Source: Fibrobacterales bacterium (lineage in GTDB: Bacteria > Fibrobacterota > Fibrobacteria > Fibrobacterales > JAOPTW01). From it: a stretch of 64,000 nt of DNA. The notes under the pieces are model-generated. The model was not told where the DNA came from. It did not search any database and saw only the letters and a program-made list of their open reading frames with translations. Location: positions 83,893 to 147,892 of the forward strand of contig JAOPTW010000036.1 in the NCBI GenBank assembly GCA_051532035.1. Reading direction: 5' to 3'. Shown here piece after piece: positions 22,028 to 32,066 of this stretch. Every line of letters begins with the position of its first letter. Position 1 is the stretch's first letter. Both the position numbers and the translations under genes were made by a program.

Positions 22028-22822
22028 ATGAAAGACCAGGGCATGGATCTATCAGACAGAGAGTATATCGAGATTATCGTTTCACCTGGTGAACCGGGTG
22101 AAAAGTCGCTTGATGCACTAGAATATGCCCTTGCTCTCTGTCTTTACCATTCCCGCAATTATGTTGTCGTCAATCTTCAAGAAATCAATCAATACGCCAT
22201 TATGCTCCTCTGCCCCCTTGCTTCACTTATTACAGAGATGCAATTACAAGGCTTATGGATCAGTATCTGTGCCCCACCTACAATTTTTGAACTCGAATTC
22301 GAGGAACTCTACGCAGATACTAAGATACTCCTCCATAATAATAGAGATGCGTTCCTTACAACCGGTGCATCAATTGGCATCACTGTAACCGATGCCGATG
22401 AAGCACTGCAATCTACCATAGCTGACTATAGTGCCCATGTCACCCCCTTAAAAAAACATCAAGAGCAAGAATTAATACAAGAACCTCTTAGGAGTGACAA
22501 TCTTCCTCAAAATGAGTATCATGAAACAGAATCTGACCCAAATAACGATGACTCTGTATATAAAGAGACTCAAGAAAAGAGTCCAGAAGATAAAAAGGAA
22601 TCACCACGTCTGCTAATTCCTGAAATCATTGACTCCAACGTTAGTTTCAGTTATTTTGATCAAAATAAAAATATTGAGATCTGTACGCTCTCTGGAGAGT
22701 ATGAGTGCACCGAGTGCACAGCAAAAGAGTATTTTATGAAAGGGTTTCCTTTCGATTCGTGTAACACGAAATCCTGTAGAGGTTCTACCCCTTCATGGAA
22801 ACTAATTAAGAAGGTATTTTAA
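22028..22822 (+). CDS. Hypothetical protein; possible STAS-like N-terminus, acidic linker, C-terminal 4-Cys zinc ribbon
   Basis: C-terminus SGEYECTEC...KGFPFDSCNTKSC...W. Confidence 0.55.
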   Translation: MKDQGMDLSDREYIEIIVSPGEPGEKSLDALEYALALCLYHSRNYVVVNLQEINQYAIMLLCPLASLITEMQLQGLWISICAPPTIFELEFEELYADTKILLHNNRDAFLTTGASIGITVTDADEALQSTIADYSAHVTPLKKHQEQELIQEPLRSDNLPQNEYHETESDPNNDDSVYKETQEKSPEDKKESPRLLIPEIIDSNVSFSYFDQNKNIEICTLSGEYECTECTAKEYFMKGFPFDSCNTKSCRGSTPSWKLIKKVF

Positions 22823-22823
22823 C

Positions 22824-23741
22824 GTGAGTAACCATTTTTTCAATAAGATAATCGCATTTGGCGGTGGAAAAGGCGGAGTAGGAAAATCCTTCATGACCAG
22901 CAACATTGGTACAATGCTCGCTCAAAGTGGTAAAAAAGTTATCTTAATCGACGCTGATCTCGGGGGGGCAAACCTTCATAGTAGCGTAGGTATTCCTCAC
23001 CCCTCCCATACACTCAACGATTTTATTAAAAAACGTGTCGATTCTATTCAAGACGTGATTCTCCCCACTAAAATCCCTAATTTGAGTATTATCTGTGGTG
23101 CAAGTGACATTCTTTCCCTATCAAACCCGAAATATACCCAAAAAATGAAGCTTATTCGAAGTATCAACACCTTAGAAGCTGATTACATATTGCTGGACCT
23201 CGGGGCTGGAACCTACCCCAATGTGATTGATTTTTTCATTATCTCACCTGTAGGTGTCGTTGTTATTGAGCCGGGAATATCATCATTTGAAAATGCCTAT
23301 GGGTTTATAAAAAGTTGTGTCTATCGTAAAATTGTGGCCATCGTAAAATCTAATAAAGAGCTCGCCCAAACCATCAGTGAAGGGACAGATCCACGCTCCG
23401 AGAAAACATTTAAAAGCGCCCAAGACCTTATAGCCTATGTCCATGACGCCGACCCCGTTTTGGGTAAAAAATGTATTGAATGGCTCAATACATTTAAGCC
23501 GTTTCTTATCTCTAATAAAATGGAGCGGGGACAAAAGGATAGCCACACCGGTGGTTTTATTAAAATTGTCGATAAATATTTAAGTGTCGAAATCGAGTTT
23601 CTTGGGCGTATATGGCGCAATAATGAGCTTCATAAATATGCAAATACCATGCTCCCTATCTGTCAACAGAGCGCTAAGCTCAGTTCAGAAATGGGACTCC
23701 ACACCCTCGGACAGAGTGTAAACAGCAAAATGCTCAAATAA
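22824..23741 (+). CDS. MinD/FlhG(FleN)-like P-loop ATPase
   Basis: Deviant Walker A GGGKGGVGKS, LIDADLGGANL, LLDLGAG, ENAYGFIK. Confidence 0.85.
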   Translation: MSNHFFNKIIAFGGGKGGVGKSFMTSNIGTMLAQSGKKVILIDADLGGANLHSSVGIPHPSHTLNDFIKKRVDSIQDVILPTKIPNLSIICGASDILSLSNPKYTQKMKLIRSINTLEADYILLDLGAGTYPNVIDFFIISPVGVVVIEPGISSFENAYGFIKSCVYRKIVAIVKSNKELAQTISEGTDPRSEKTFKSAQDLIAYVHDADPVLGKKCIEWLNTFKPFLISNKMERGQKDSHTGGFIKIVDKYLSVEIEFLGRIWRNNELHKYANTMLPICQQSAKLSSEMGLHTLGQSVNSKMLK

Positions 23742-23857
23742 CACTGCTCCAATAGGCATTTTCTCACATTTTACAACTCTTTTTTGACCCATCTCTCCTC
23801 CCTCCTCTTTAACATTCCAATAACTTTAACTATCATTACCTCGGTTTACAAAATCCG

Positions 23858-24298
23858 TTGATGTTTATGCCCAGTCAGTTCGATTTCGATGTTATGTTTC
23901 TTAAAATGGCCAGAGTTCCAGCAACTCTGTCTAAAGATCCGAAGACACAAGTAGCAGCACTGATCGTTACGCCAGATAATAGGCAGATTTCATTTGGGTA
24001 CAATGGATTTTCGCGAGGAATGGAAGAGACTGACGAACGATGGAAGCGTCCCATTAAGTATGAATATGTAATTCATGCCGAGATGAACGCTATCATGAAC
24101 TGTCCCTTTGACACACAAGGTACTACACTCTATTGTACGTATCAGCCGTGTCATCGGTGCCTACAACACCTGATAAACGCAGGGGTCAAGCGGGTAGTGT
24201 ATGCCAAACCGTATGAACAACTTCAGTATGCAGAGATTTGGTCTGAAGCCTCATCTCACTTTACAGAAGTCAAATGTATAGATATTGATAACAGTTAA
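23858..24298 (+). CDS. dCMP deaminase family protein
   Basis: SKDP.TQV, GYNGF, HAEMNA, PCHRC zinc motifs. Confidence 0.9.
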   Translation: MMFMPSQFDFDVMFLKMARVPATLSKDPKTQVAALIVTPDNRQISFGYNGFSRGMEETDERWKRPIKYEYVIHAEMNAIMNCPFDTQGTTLYCTYQPCHRCLQHLINAGVKRVVYAKPYEQLQYAEIWSEASSHFTEVKCIDIDNS

Positions 24299-24313
24299 TG
24301 CACGGGAGCAGGA

Positions 24314-24520
24314 ATGGATAACAAGAAAAAAGCAAGAAAAAATAAAGGTAAAAAACCTACCGAAACAACTCACTCAGTGGGTACTCTTGCAGATATGCTG
24401 AGCCCTGCCATGCAGCGCAAATTAAAAATGCACCCAGAAGATCGTATCAAAAATATGGTTAAAGAGGCTCGCAATAATCCCGAAGTTATCAAAGCAGAGG
24501 AAAACCTCAAAAACAAATAA
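24314..24520 (+). CDS. Small basic hypothetical protein
   Basis: 68-aa ORF with purine-rich SD (GGGAGCAGGA) and a downstream terminator. Confidence 0.6.
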   Translation: MDNKKKARKNKGKKPTETTHSVGTLADMLSPAMQRKLKMHPEDRIKNMVKEARNNPEVIKAEENLKNK

Positions 24521-24560
24521 CTTCTACTAAAAAAAGTCTACCTCCCAAAGAGAGGTATTT

Positions 24561-24593
24561 AGCTAAAACAACTCAATTGTTTTAGCTTTTTTT
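24561..24593 (+). terminator. Intrinsic terminator
   Basis: AGCTAAAACAA-ctcaa-TTGTTTTAGCT followed by T run. Confidence 0.65.
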
Positions 24594-24680
24594 GTGTTTT
24601 TTAGCCAGATTTACATTGCATCTCCATTATAATAGTGATACAGTAAGCTCAACCTCACTATTTTGAATATGATGTATACT

Positions 24681-25226
24681 ATGAAAAAAAGATATCTTAC
24701 TCTTATTATTGCACTTTTAGTAATGTCGACCACTATCTCTTCTAACCTTGCACGACGCTCGAAAGCCCAAGAGACACTTAAAGGCACCTTCCTCGTTATT
24801 ATTGATTCTCAAGCATCACTCCGAAGCGCTCCTAATCAACATGCTGCCCTTATTGATCAAGCCCCCTTTGGAGAAAGCATATCACTAATCAGTATGCACA
24901 ACGACTGGTACCTCATTAGTTACAATGGGTCACAAGGGTATATTTATAAAACAGCGGCAACAACTCCCGATCATTTTGCAAAAATCAAAGAACTCGTCCA
25001 CCCAACAAAAAATGTAGCTCAGGCAAACGCTATCTATATCAAACCAAAAAATGGCGCTATCCTTCGCCTGCAACCCAAAGCTGGTTCAAGAGCGATAAAA
25101 GCGTTCCCCAACGGAACACGACTCGTAAAGATTAAAAAGGTTAATGATTGGTTTCACGCCAAAGCGAATGGCTATGAAGGATATATACACCAGACCGTAG
25201 TATCTCCAGACAGACCAGGAAGCTAA
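24681..25226 (+). CDS. Secreted tandem SH3b-domain protein
   Basis: Signal peptide MKKRYLTLIIALL; two LR..P...G....W.....GYI repeats. Confidence 0.75.
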   Translation: MKKRYLTLIIALLVMSTTISSNLARRSKAQETLKGTFLVIIDSQASLRSAPNQHAALIDQAPFGESISLISMHNDWYLISYNGSQGYIYKTAATTPDHFAKIKELVHPTKNVAQANAIYIKPKNGAILRLQPKAGSRAIKAFPNGTRLVKIKKVNDWFHAKANGYEGYIHQTVVSPDRPGS

Positions 25227-25747
25227 TTTTTTAAAAGCTCTACAGCAAACTCTTTTAAAGATGGGAATACCTTGTAAGGCGTCTCCTTAAACTCATCAAT
25301 ATGCTCCGCATTATACACACCGGCCAGTTGGAACCCTGCCCCTTCTGCAGATTGTAAATCACGGACTCTATCCCCCACCATCCATGAAGACGCAGAGTCA
25401 ATATCATATTCAGTCAAAGCCCGTTCTACCAATTGAGGCAACGGTTTTCTACACAGACACTCATCACTTGTTTGATGTGGACAATAATAAAATCCGTCAA
25501 TAGTCACACCATGATTTTTAAGATCTTCAACCATAGCATTCTCAAGAATTTCAAGGTCGGCAAGAGAGTAATAGCCTCGAGAAATCCCCGACTGATTAGA
25601 GATAACAATAAGGGTATATCCTGCTTGAGAAAGCATTTTTAAGGCTTCAGGCACACCAGATATCCACTCAAAATCTTCAATCCGATAGACATAGCCATGA
25701 TCGACATTAAGTGTACCATCCCGATCGAGTAAAATAGCCTTATTCAC
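25223..25747 (-). CDS. gmhB: D-glycero-D-manno-heptose 1,7-bisphosphate phosphatase
   Basis: LDRDGTLN, SNQSGISRG, CPH....C.CRKP, MVGD. Confidence 0.9.
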   Translation of the reverse strand: MNKAILLDRDGTLNVDHGYVYRIEDFEWISGVPEALKMLSQAGYTLIVISNQSGISRGYYSLADLEILENAMVEDLKNHGVTIDGFYYCPHQTSDECLCRKPLPQLVERALTEYDIDSASSWMVGDRVRDLQSAEGAGFQLAGVYNAEHIDEFKETPYKVFPSLKEFAVELLKN

Positions 25748-25902
25748 AGCGCTCCCTCAATGATTTTATTCTTCACAAATATATCAAATAATGATATAAT
25801 AAAAATGAATTTGCAAGAAACAAACAACAATTACTCGACCGATACAATCTCTCATTGTGCATTACAGTAAGAGATATATTGGTCATAGTCTATGAGGATA
25901 GT

Positions 25903-26832
25903 ATGAAATCGCTCGCATCGCTACTTACCATTATCGCCCTCACTGCCACAGCCAGTGTTGCACAAGAATCTCACAGCATTCTCCCTGCACCTCCGAGCAA
26001 CAAAGACATTATCGTTTCTGAAGCACAGATCGTACAAGCTGATCTTCTTAAAAAAGAAGAACAGTTGATAGCCGAAGAGCGACAACGTGAAATTGAACGA
26101 CTCAAAAAGAAAAAAGAAAAAGAGGAATCTGAAGCGGGCTCAGCCAACCGCTCTACCTCCATCTTTATTGATGATGCAAAAACTCTTGAGTCAAAAGAGT
26201 ATGAAGTAACCCCAACTATAGGGCTCTATATTAGTTTTGGTGATGTTGATTATCAGAAGGTATCTTACAATGACTACACTCCTATAGATGATACATCAGG
26301 AACGGCATCACCATTCGACCTTACTTCAAGCAGTCATGGTATAATTTTTGGTATTTCGGGCAACCTCCCCATAAACAATTTCATTGGAATACAACTCATG
26401 ATTGGAGGACAAAAAAATAATCTCACCCTCCAAAGTGGTAGTCACAGTCGTGACATCTCGACGCTCAACCTCATTATTCAGCCAGGCCTCGAGATCGGCT
26501 ACCCAGTTTACAGCAATGCCAAATCTAAGATTTCAGTGTATCCCCATATCTTTGGCTCTGGAATAACCGGCAAAACCTTTCTCGATCAAAGTTCAACAGA
26601 TTTTGAAAATGGTCAATTTTGGGGATATGCATATGGAGCCGGTGTCCGTATTGGCTGGAAAAACTTACACGTATCAACGGGGGTACGCAGCTCCTATCAA
26701 ATATGGAAACTCGCAATAGACCCAGTAAAAGTAAAAGGCGCCGAAGGCCTCAACGAAAATGACTACACATTTATGCATGAATGGTCTACTTTTATGCAAC
26801 CATTTATCAGTGTAACCCTTGGCTTTTATTAG
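25903..26832 (+). CDS. Putative outer-membrane beta-barrel protein with N-terminal coiled coil
   Basis: Signal peptide from ATG 25903 (SD GAGGA), alternating strands, aromatic C-terminus ...VTLGFY. Confidence 0.6.
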   Translation: MKSLASLLTIIALTATASVAQESHSILPAPPSNKDIIVSEAQIVQADLLKKEEQLIAEERQREIERLKKKKEKEESEAGSANRSTSIFIDDAKTLESKEYEVTPTIGLYISFGDVDYQKVSYNDYTPIDDTSGTASPFDLTSSSHGIIFGISGNLPINNFIGIQLMIGGQKNNLTLQSGSHSRDISTLNLIIQPGLEIGYPVYSNAKSKISVYPHIFGSGITGKTFLDQSSTDFENGQFWGYAYGAGVRIGWKNLHVSTGVRSSYQIWKLAIDPVKVKGAEGLNENDYTFMHEWSTFMQPFISVTLGFY

Positions 26833-27506
26833 TGACCTATTTTAGACAGTTTCTTTCAGGATCCGACCACGCCTCTGACGACCCAAACGCTCGAGGCATG
26901 GCCAATTTTTCATATGCAATTGGGTGCCCCATCACTAAACAGTGCATGTTAATCGACCCCACTTGGGCCCCCAACCAACTCCATCAACTCATCACCAAAG
27001 ACGGATACACTCTTACCGGTATTATTGCAACTCACCACCATTTTGACCATATTGGCGGCTCAGCTTATGGAATCATAGTACCTGGCGCTCTTGAACTCAT
27101 CAAGTCATATTCAATTCCACTCTATTGCCACCCCAAAGAAAAACCGTGGGTTCTCAAAAAAACAGACATCCCCGAAGAGTCTATAAAATGTATCGCCACT
27201 GATACTCCTTTCTTCATTGGTGAATCTCACGTAACCATTCATCATACTCCCGGGCACTCTCCCGGTGGGATATGCATCCAGTTTGATGACAAATTAATTG
27301 TGGGAGACACTCTCTTCCATGAAGGGTGCGGCAGAACAGATCTTGCAGGAGCTGATGTCGACACACTCCTCAGAAGCCTAAAAGAGACCATCCTCCCTTT
27401 GCCAGATACTTTAGAGGTCTATTGTGGACATAATTATGGACATGTCCCCTCAATGAGTCTCGGAGTCATCAAAGAGACCAATTATATCTTTCAACACATT
27501 TCGTAA
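26832..27506 (+). CDS. Metallo-beta-lactamase-fold hydrolase (glyoxalase II-like)
   Basis: THHHFDHIGG, HTPGHSPG, GDTLF, GRTDL, GH; start probably GTG 26832. Confidence 0.88.
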   Translation: MTYFRQFLSGSDHASDDPNARGMANFSYAIGCPITKQCMLIDPTWAPNQLHQLITKDGYTLTGIIATHHHFDHIGGSAYGIIVPGALELIKSYSIPLYCHPKEKPWVLKKTDIPEESIKCIATDTPFFIGESHVTIHHTPGHSPGGICIQFDDKLIVGDTLFHEGCGRTDLAGADVDTLLRSLKETILPLPDTLEVYCGHNYGHVPSMSLGVIKETNYIFQHIS

Positions 27507-27601
27507 TCATCAGAATGAGCTCTATAGAACTCAGATGATTCCTGACAATTCCCTCTATTTTTACTACCTTATAGGCCAAATTACTTATTAATAGGACTAC
27601 T

Positions 27602-30322
27602 ATGGCTGCTGTATTGGATTTTAATCAGGATTGGCAATTTTGTCTCGATGGCGATGGAATTGGGCTCGATAAGCGGTGGCATGTAAATAGCCCTTCAGGG
27701 ACTGAAACTGTTACTCTTCCACATACCTGGAAAAAAAATACACTTAAGTCTACAGACAACGTAGGATTCTATTTCAAAACCTTTTCTTTTGAAGATCCAA
27801 CTCTTGTTAAAAAAGTAATTCTAAAACTTGAAAAAGTTTTCATGAAGTTTTCACTTTGGGCTAATGGTGTACTCGTTCAAGAAGTACTCAGTGGCTATAA
27901 ACCTGCAGAAATCAATCTTACCAAATTTATTGATATCGAAAAAGAGAATACAATCTGTATTCGCGTATCAACACTTAATGGTACTCTTGATTTTGAAGGA
28001 CACGCAAGTTGTGATGTTGCTCATGGCGCACTCTTTGAGCAAAGTCCTTTTGGTGGTATCTGGGGTTCAGCTCAGCTTGTCTATTGGAAAAAAGCATGTA
28101 TCCTTGACGTCAATGTTATCCCTGATTATGACGGTAAAAAAATCCGTGTTGAAACACGTTTTTCAAATTCTAAAAACTTCAATGCAAAACTACACTATGT
28201 ACTCACCGCACCTGACGGGCCTATTGGCCTCAATACCGTTGAGGCCAAACTTGATAAAGAAAACACAATTCACAAAGCACAGTTCAATATTAAAGACCCT
28301 GTCTTCTGGACTCTTGAAGAACCTGAACTGTATACCATTGAAGTCTACCTTGAAATGTCATTTGGCGTAACCAAACAATTTGGTTTAAGAAAGTCGGATG
28401 TACTTCGTGGCGATTTTTACCTCAATGATAAAATTATTAAAATACGTGGCGTGAACTTCACTAACAGTTATGCAATTACGGGTTCACTCCCTGAAAGTAA
28501 TAAATCACTTCGCAGTGAATTAGAAACTATTAAAAATATGGGTTTCAACCTCATTAAAAGTGGTGGCTCCCCAATGAGCAATACCGCATTAACCATTTGT
28601 GATGAGCTCGGACTTTTTGTTATTCAAGAGATGCCTATTCACCGTCAAAAAGCATCAAAAGAAGCACTTGAGCTTGCTCGTGATTTTATTGAAGCAATTA
28701 TCAATTCCCAAAAAACACACCCATCTGTAATTGCCTGGAGCCTTGGTTCTGACAATGGCACCCTTATGCTCGAGAATGGAACAAAACTTCTCAAGCATAC
28801 AGACAAAATAGATGAAGCGCGGGTTATTTTTTCAAACCTTAACGCTGTTTTCATATCAGGTGAAGGTGAATACGACTCAGATACCGGTAAAGTACTTGGG
28901 ATTACCAACGAAAAAGTTTCTCTCTACAACTCGCACGAGCTCCACCCTGAAATGAGCGTAAATAAAGAGCAATCTCATTTTTTAAGTGAGTATTGTAATA
29001 AGGAGAGTGAAATCAACGAAGTACCCAATAAATATTTTGGGGATGAAGATTTTCATGATCACTATGATTCACTGCACAAAGCTCTTACAGGGAAAATTCT
29101 TGTTACCACCAATAACCATACACTCTTCCCTGACTTTAAAGAGGTGTACAAATACCTCAAAGCGCATAAAGGCACTGATGTTTATAAAAAACTCTACGGC
29201 TTTGAAAAAGAATTAAAAGCACTCGCAGCAGAGCCTGTCTTTAAAACTATCTGGGCTACTCATGAAGAATTTATAACCGTTGCAAATACACTCGCAACAA
29301 AAGCGATCATTAATAAAGTAAATGCTATTCGTGCAAATGAGCAAACAAGTGGTTTTATACTTGATAGCTGGGCAGATACAAAGCAGATCATGAATGGTCT
29401 TGCCGATTTAACACACCAACCTAAAAGCTGTATACCGCCACTTAAAGAGGTTACCTCTGTTTCACAAATCATTGTGCACAATCTTGACCGTGCCGTAGCT
29501 ACAGGTTCAGAGATAGCTTTTAACCTCACCTTACTGAATGAGCTTCGTGTTGCGCCTTTTGGCCTTACCCTCCAGTTACTCAATGCGAAAGGGAAAGTGG
29601 TTGAATCAAAAGATGTGAAAATAACTCCTGAAGGACTTGTGTATAAAATGGGAGCCTTTACTCTTCCTGCACCTTCGTCAAAAGGCATATACACAGTAAC
29701 AGCTTCTATTTCAAGTAACCCAGGTAACATTGGTACTTTCAGTGATGCTATTATCGTTTTAAATCAACCGACAAATTACCTCAAAGGCATTACTACTCTT
29801 ACTGAATTTACCAGTGATGATGAATGCCTCGGTGCAATAAGAAAAGCAGGAAACACTATTCTTATTCATGATATTGCTGATTATAGTTCAGAAGTTGTTC
29901 AAGCGCTTTTCGATGCAGCAGAGACGGGAACAACCGTCATCTTTAATGCACTCAATGAAAAAGATGCTCGTACACTTAATAAGTCTAAACGCCTGAACAC
30001 AGAACTTATCGCAACACCAACCTCTGGTTCAAATGGTGCGGCATATCACTACTTCTCTACTGACGGTGTTTTTAAGAACATTACTCACACGCGAGTTGCA
30101 GATGGCACACTGAGTGAAATAATACCTGCCCACTCCCTCAATCCTATAAAAGATGCTGCAATAGAAGCATGCTGTATCAATATTACCAATGGCAATATTA
30201 TTACACAGCATGTCGACGTACAGACAATCTCTTATGGTTCGGGTTCAATTGTTTTCAACCAGTATCAATTAGGTGATAAATTGAATAACAGCATTCTTGC
30301 TCAAACAATTATTGCTAAATAA
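27602..30322 (+). CDS. Glycoside hydrolase family 2-like protein (catalytic motif degenerate)
   Basis: GH2 hallmarks W.F, GGIW, W....P.LY, FG.R, IRGVN, MGFN, CDELGL, HPSVIAWSLG; no signal peptide. Confidence 0.8.
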   Translation: MAAVLDFNQDWQFCLDGDGIGLDKRWHVNSPSGTETVTLPHTWKKNTLKSTDNVGFYFKTFSFEDPTLVKKVILKLEKVFMKFSLWANGVLVQEVLSGYKPAEINLTKFIDIEKENTICIRVSTLNGTLDFEGHASCDVAHGALFEQSPFGGIWGSAQLVYWKKACILDVNVIPDYDGKKIRVETRFSNSKNFNAKLHYVLTAPDGPIGLNTVEAKLDKENTIHKAQFNIKDPVFWTLEEPELYTIEVYLEMSFGVTKQFGLRKSDVLRGDFYLNDKIIKIRGVNFTNSYAITGSLPESNKSLRSELETIKNMGFNLIKSGGSPMSNTALTICDELGLFVIQEMPIHRQKASKEALELARDFIEAIINSQKTHPSVIAWSLGSDNGTLMLENGTKLLKHTDKIDEARVIFSNLNAVFISGEGEYDSDTGKVLGITNEKVSLYNSHELHPEMSVNKEQSHFLSEYCNKESEINEVPNKYFGDEDFHDHYDSLHKALTGKILVTTNNHTLFPDFKEVYKYLKAHKGTDVYKKLYGFEKELKALAAEPVFKTIWATHEEFITVANTLATKAIINKVNAIRANEQTSGFILDSWADTKQIMNGLADLTHQPKSCIPPLKEVTSVSQIIVHNLDRAVATGSEIAFNLTLLNELRVAPFGLTLQLLNAKGKVVESKDVKITPEGLVYKMGAFTLPAPSSKGIYTVTASISSNPGNIGTFSDAIIVLNQPTNYLKGITTLTEFTSDDECLGAIRKAGNTILIHDIADYSSEVVQALFDAAETGTTVIFNALNEKDARTLNKSKRLNTELIATPTSGSNGAAYHYFSTDGVFKNITHTRVADGTLSEIIPAHSLNPIKDAAIEACCINITNGNIITQHVDVQTISYGSGSIVFNQYQLGDKLNNSILAQTIIAK

Positions 30323-30347
30323 GACCAATTTTTCACATTTTAGTTTT

Positions 30348-30378
30348 TTAAAAAGCCCAATCTATTTGGGCTTTTTAA
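30348..30378. terminator. Intrinsic terminator after GH2 gene
   Basis: TTAAAAAGCCCAA-tctat-TTGGGCTTTTTAA; a second hairpin lies at 30401-30443. Confidence 0.8.
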
Positions 30379-30538
30379 TTTATGAGTTCACAATAAAAAC
30401 AACAAAAAAGGCCCTTTAATCGACAATTAAGACCTTTTTTGTTAAAATAATGTTTCGAGTAAGAAAAGTTATAAAAACCATTTGGTCTCTCACAATTTGA
30501 ATATATATTGATGATACACAAATTAATCTGGGGAGATT

Positions 30539-30682
30539 ATGAAGATTCAAATATATCAGCGACCCAAAAAATTTGCTAATCCTTCAGTAGCATTTCTTTT
30601 TCCCTATGCTACCATACTCATGGCCTTATCCGCTGTATTTTGGGGTGGTGCAGCTCTGCTCATCCATAGAATAATGAGCTAA
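30539..30682 (+). CDS. Small single-TM membrane protein (47 aa), absent from ORF track
   Basis: SD GGGGAG then MKIQIYQRPKKFANPSVAFLFPYATILMALSAVFWGGAALLIHRIMS*. Confidence 0.6.
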   Translation: MKIQIYQRPKKFANPSVAFLFPYATILMALSAVFWGGAALLIHRIMS

Positions 30683-30697
30683 ACACCCATTTTCCGC

Positions 30698-31168
30698 TTA
30701 GGAACGACCATCTCGATTTTTTGAATCAATAACGAGGGTTACCGGGCCATCATTAATCAGAGATACCTTCATGTCTGCTGCAAACACACCCTCTTTTATA
30801 ACGCCAAGATACCCCAATCTGAGTCGACCCATAAAAGTACTATAGAGTAGTTTTGCCTCTTTTGGTGGTGCTGCTCGGCTAAATGATGGGCGTGTTCCTT
30901 TATTTACAACTCCAAACAGAGTAAACTGACTCACCACTAATAGCTCGCCAGATATATCAGCTACACTTCGATTCATAAAGCCTTCAACATCATCAAAGAT
31001 ACGTAACTGTGTTATCTTCTTAATAATCCAATCCATATCATCAAGGGTGTCGCCTGGAGCCATGCCTGCAAGGAGTACAAGCCCTGAACCAATAGATTCA
31101 ATCTGTTCACTACCAGTACTTTGTATGGTGACCGAAGCCTCTAATACCCGCTGTAGTACTATTTTCAT
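30698..31168 (-). CDS. dtd: D-aminoacyl-tRNA deacylase
   Basis: LQRV, LRIF, VSQFTL, NDGPVT. Confidence 0.95.
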   Translation of the reverse strand: MKIVLQRVLEASVTIQSTGSEQIESIGSGLVLLAGMAPGDTLDDMDWIIKKITQLRIFDDVEGFMNRSVADISGELLVVSQFTLFGVVNKGTRPSFSRAAPPKEAKLLYSTFMGRLRLGYLGVIKEGVFAADMKVSLINDGPVTLVIDSKNRDGRS

Positions 31169-32058
31169 TATTGAAAAAGAGAGCTGTCTTGAGTAAGTGT
31201 ATCAACTAATGCTGAATCGAGGGCTTGCTGGTCCGCCAAAGTATCAACAGTCACCGTATCGATTGGTTCGATCAAATTCTCCTCCTCGCGCTCTCGAATA
31301 ATAGGAATATCTTCAAGGAGAGAGTCGTCTACATCAATATCACTATCTTTGGTACGTACTGAATAGCCAGAGGTATAGTTATAAACCTTAATTTCAGATT
31401 CAAAAGTTGGACTGTATAAAAGCAGCTCCAAGGTATTCATAAGATACGCAGCCCATTCAGTTGCCCACTGCAGTCGAGATTGGCTTGAATGGATCCATGC
31501 CTTTGGATTGAAACTCTCTTCACTATGATACCGGACTACAAATCGAGGGTTACCCTTTGCTAAAGACTCATATATGTGTTTAACACGCCCTGACATATGT
31601 TTGCGCGTATAAAGAACGACCTCTTTAACTTCTTTGGTTCGCAAAAAGGGTATGATGATCTCTGCCTCTTCAAGAAGCGTTTCTGCATCATGGTAAAAAT
31701 AGTAGAGGCGATCTTTATCAAATTCCTCGAGCTTTAATTCGTTAAGGGCAATATCTGCAGCGGATACCGATTTTAAAATGGGAGACCCAGAAAGTATAAC
31801 CCGTTTTATATCCATGGCACCGAGGTCTTCAACAAGAGCACTATACCCCGCTTCGAGCCCACCTTCAGCAGTTATTACCAACCCACACTCAACTGAATCA
31901 TACACATCATCGACCACAAGGAGATTACCTGATATGCGTACCCAAAAAGGAATAGAAAAAAGAAGAACCACAAGCCCTATAAAAAAATAGGGCATTGTCC
32001 CCTTACTCCAGAGAGCGGGGCGTTCTCGCTTTTTTTGAGGTATATACCGTCTATTCAC
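31168..32058 (-). CDS. Membrane-anchored protein, YdcF/DUF218-like
   Basis: One N-terminal TM, GNLLVVDD, ILSG, T..EA, T...H..R, NP..W pattern; acidic tail. Confidence 0.5.
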   Translation of the reverse strand: MNRRYIPQKKRERPALWSKGTMPYFFIGLVVLLFSIPFWVRISGNLLVVDDVYDSVECGLVITAEGGLEAGYSALVEDLGAMDIKRVILSGSPILKSVSAADIALNELKLEEFDKDRLYYFYHDAETLLEEAEIIIPFLRTKEVKEVVLYTRKHMSGRVKHIYESLAKGNPRFVVRYHSEESFNPKAWIHSSQSRLQWATEWAAYLMNTLELLLYSPTFESEIKVYNYTSGYSVRTKDSDIDVDDSLLEDIPIIREREEENLIEPIDTVTVDTLADQQALDSALVDTLTQDSSLFQ

Positions 32059-32066
32059 TTAATATC

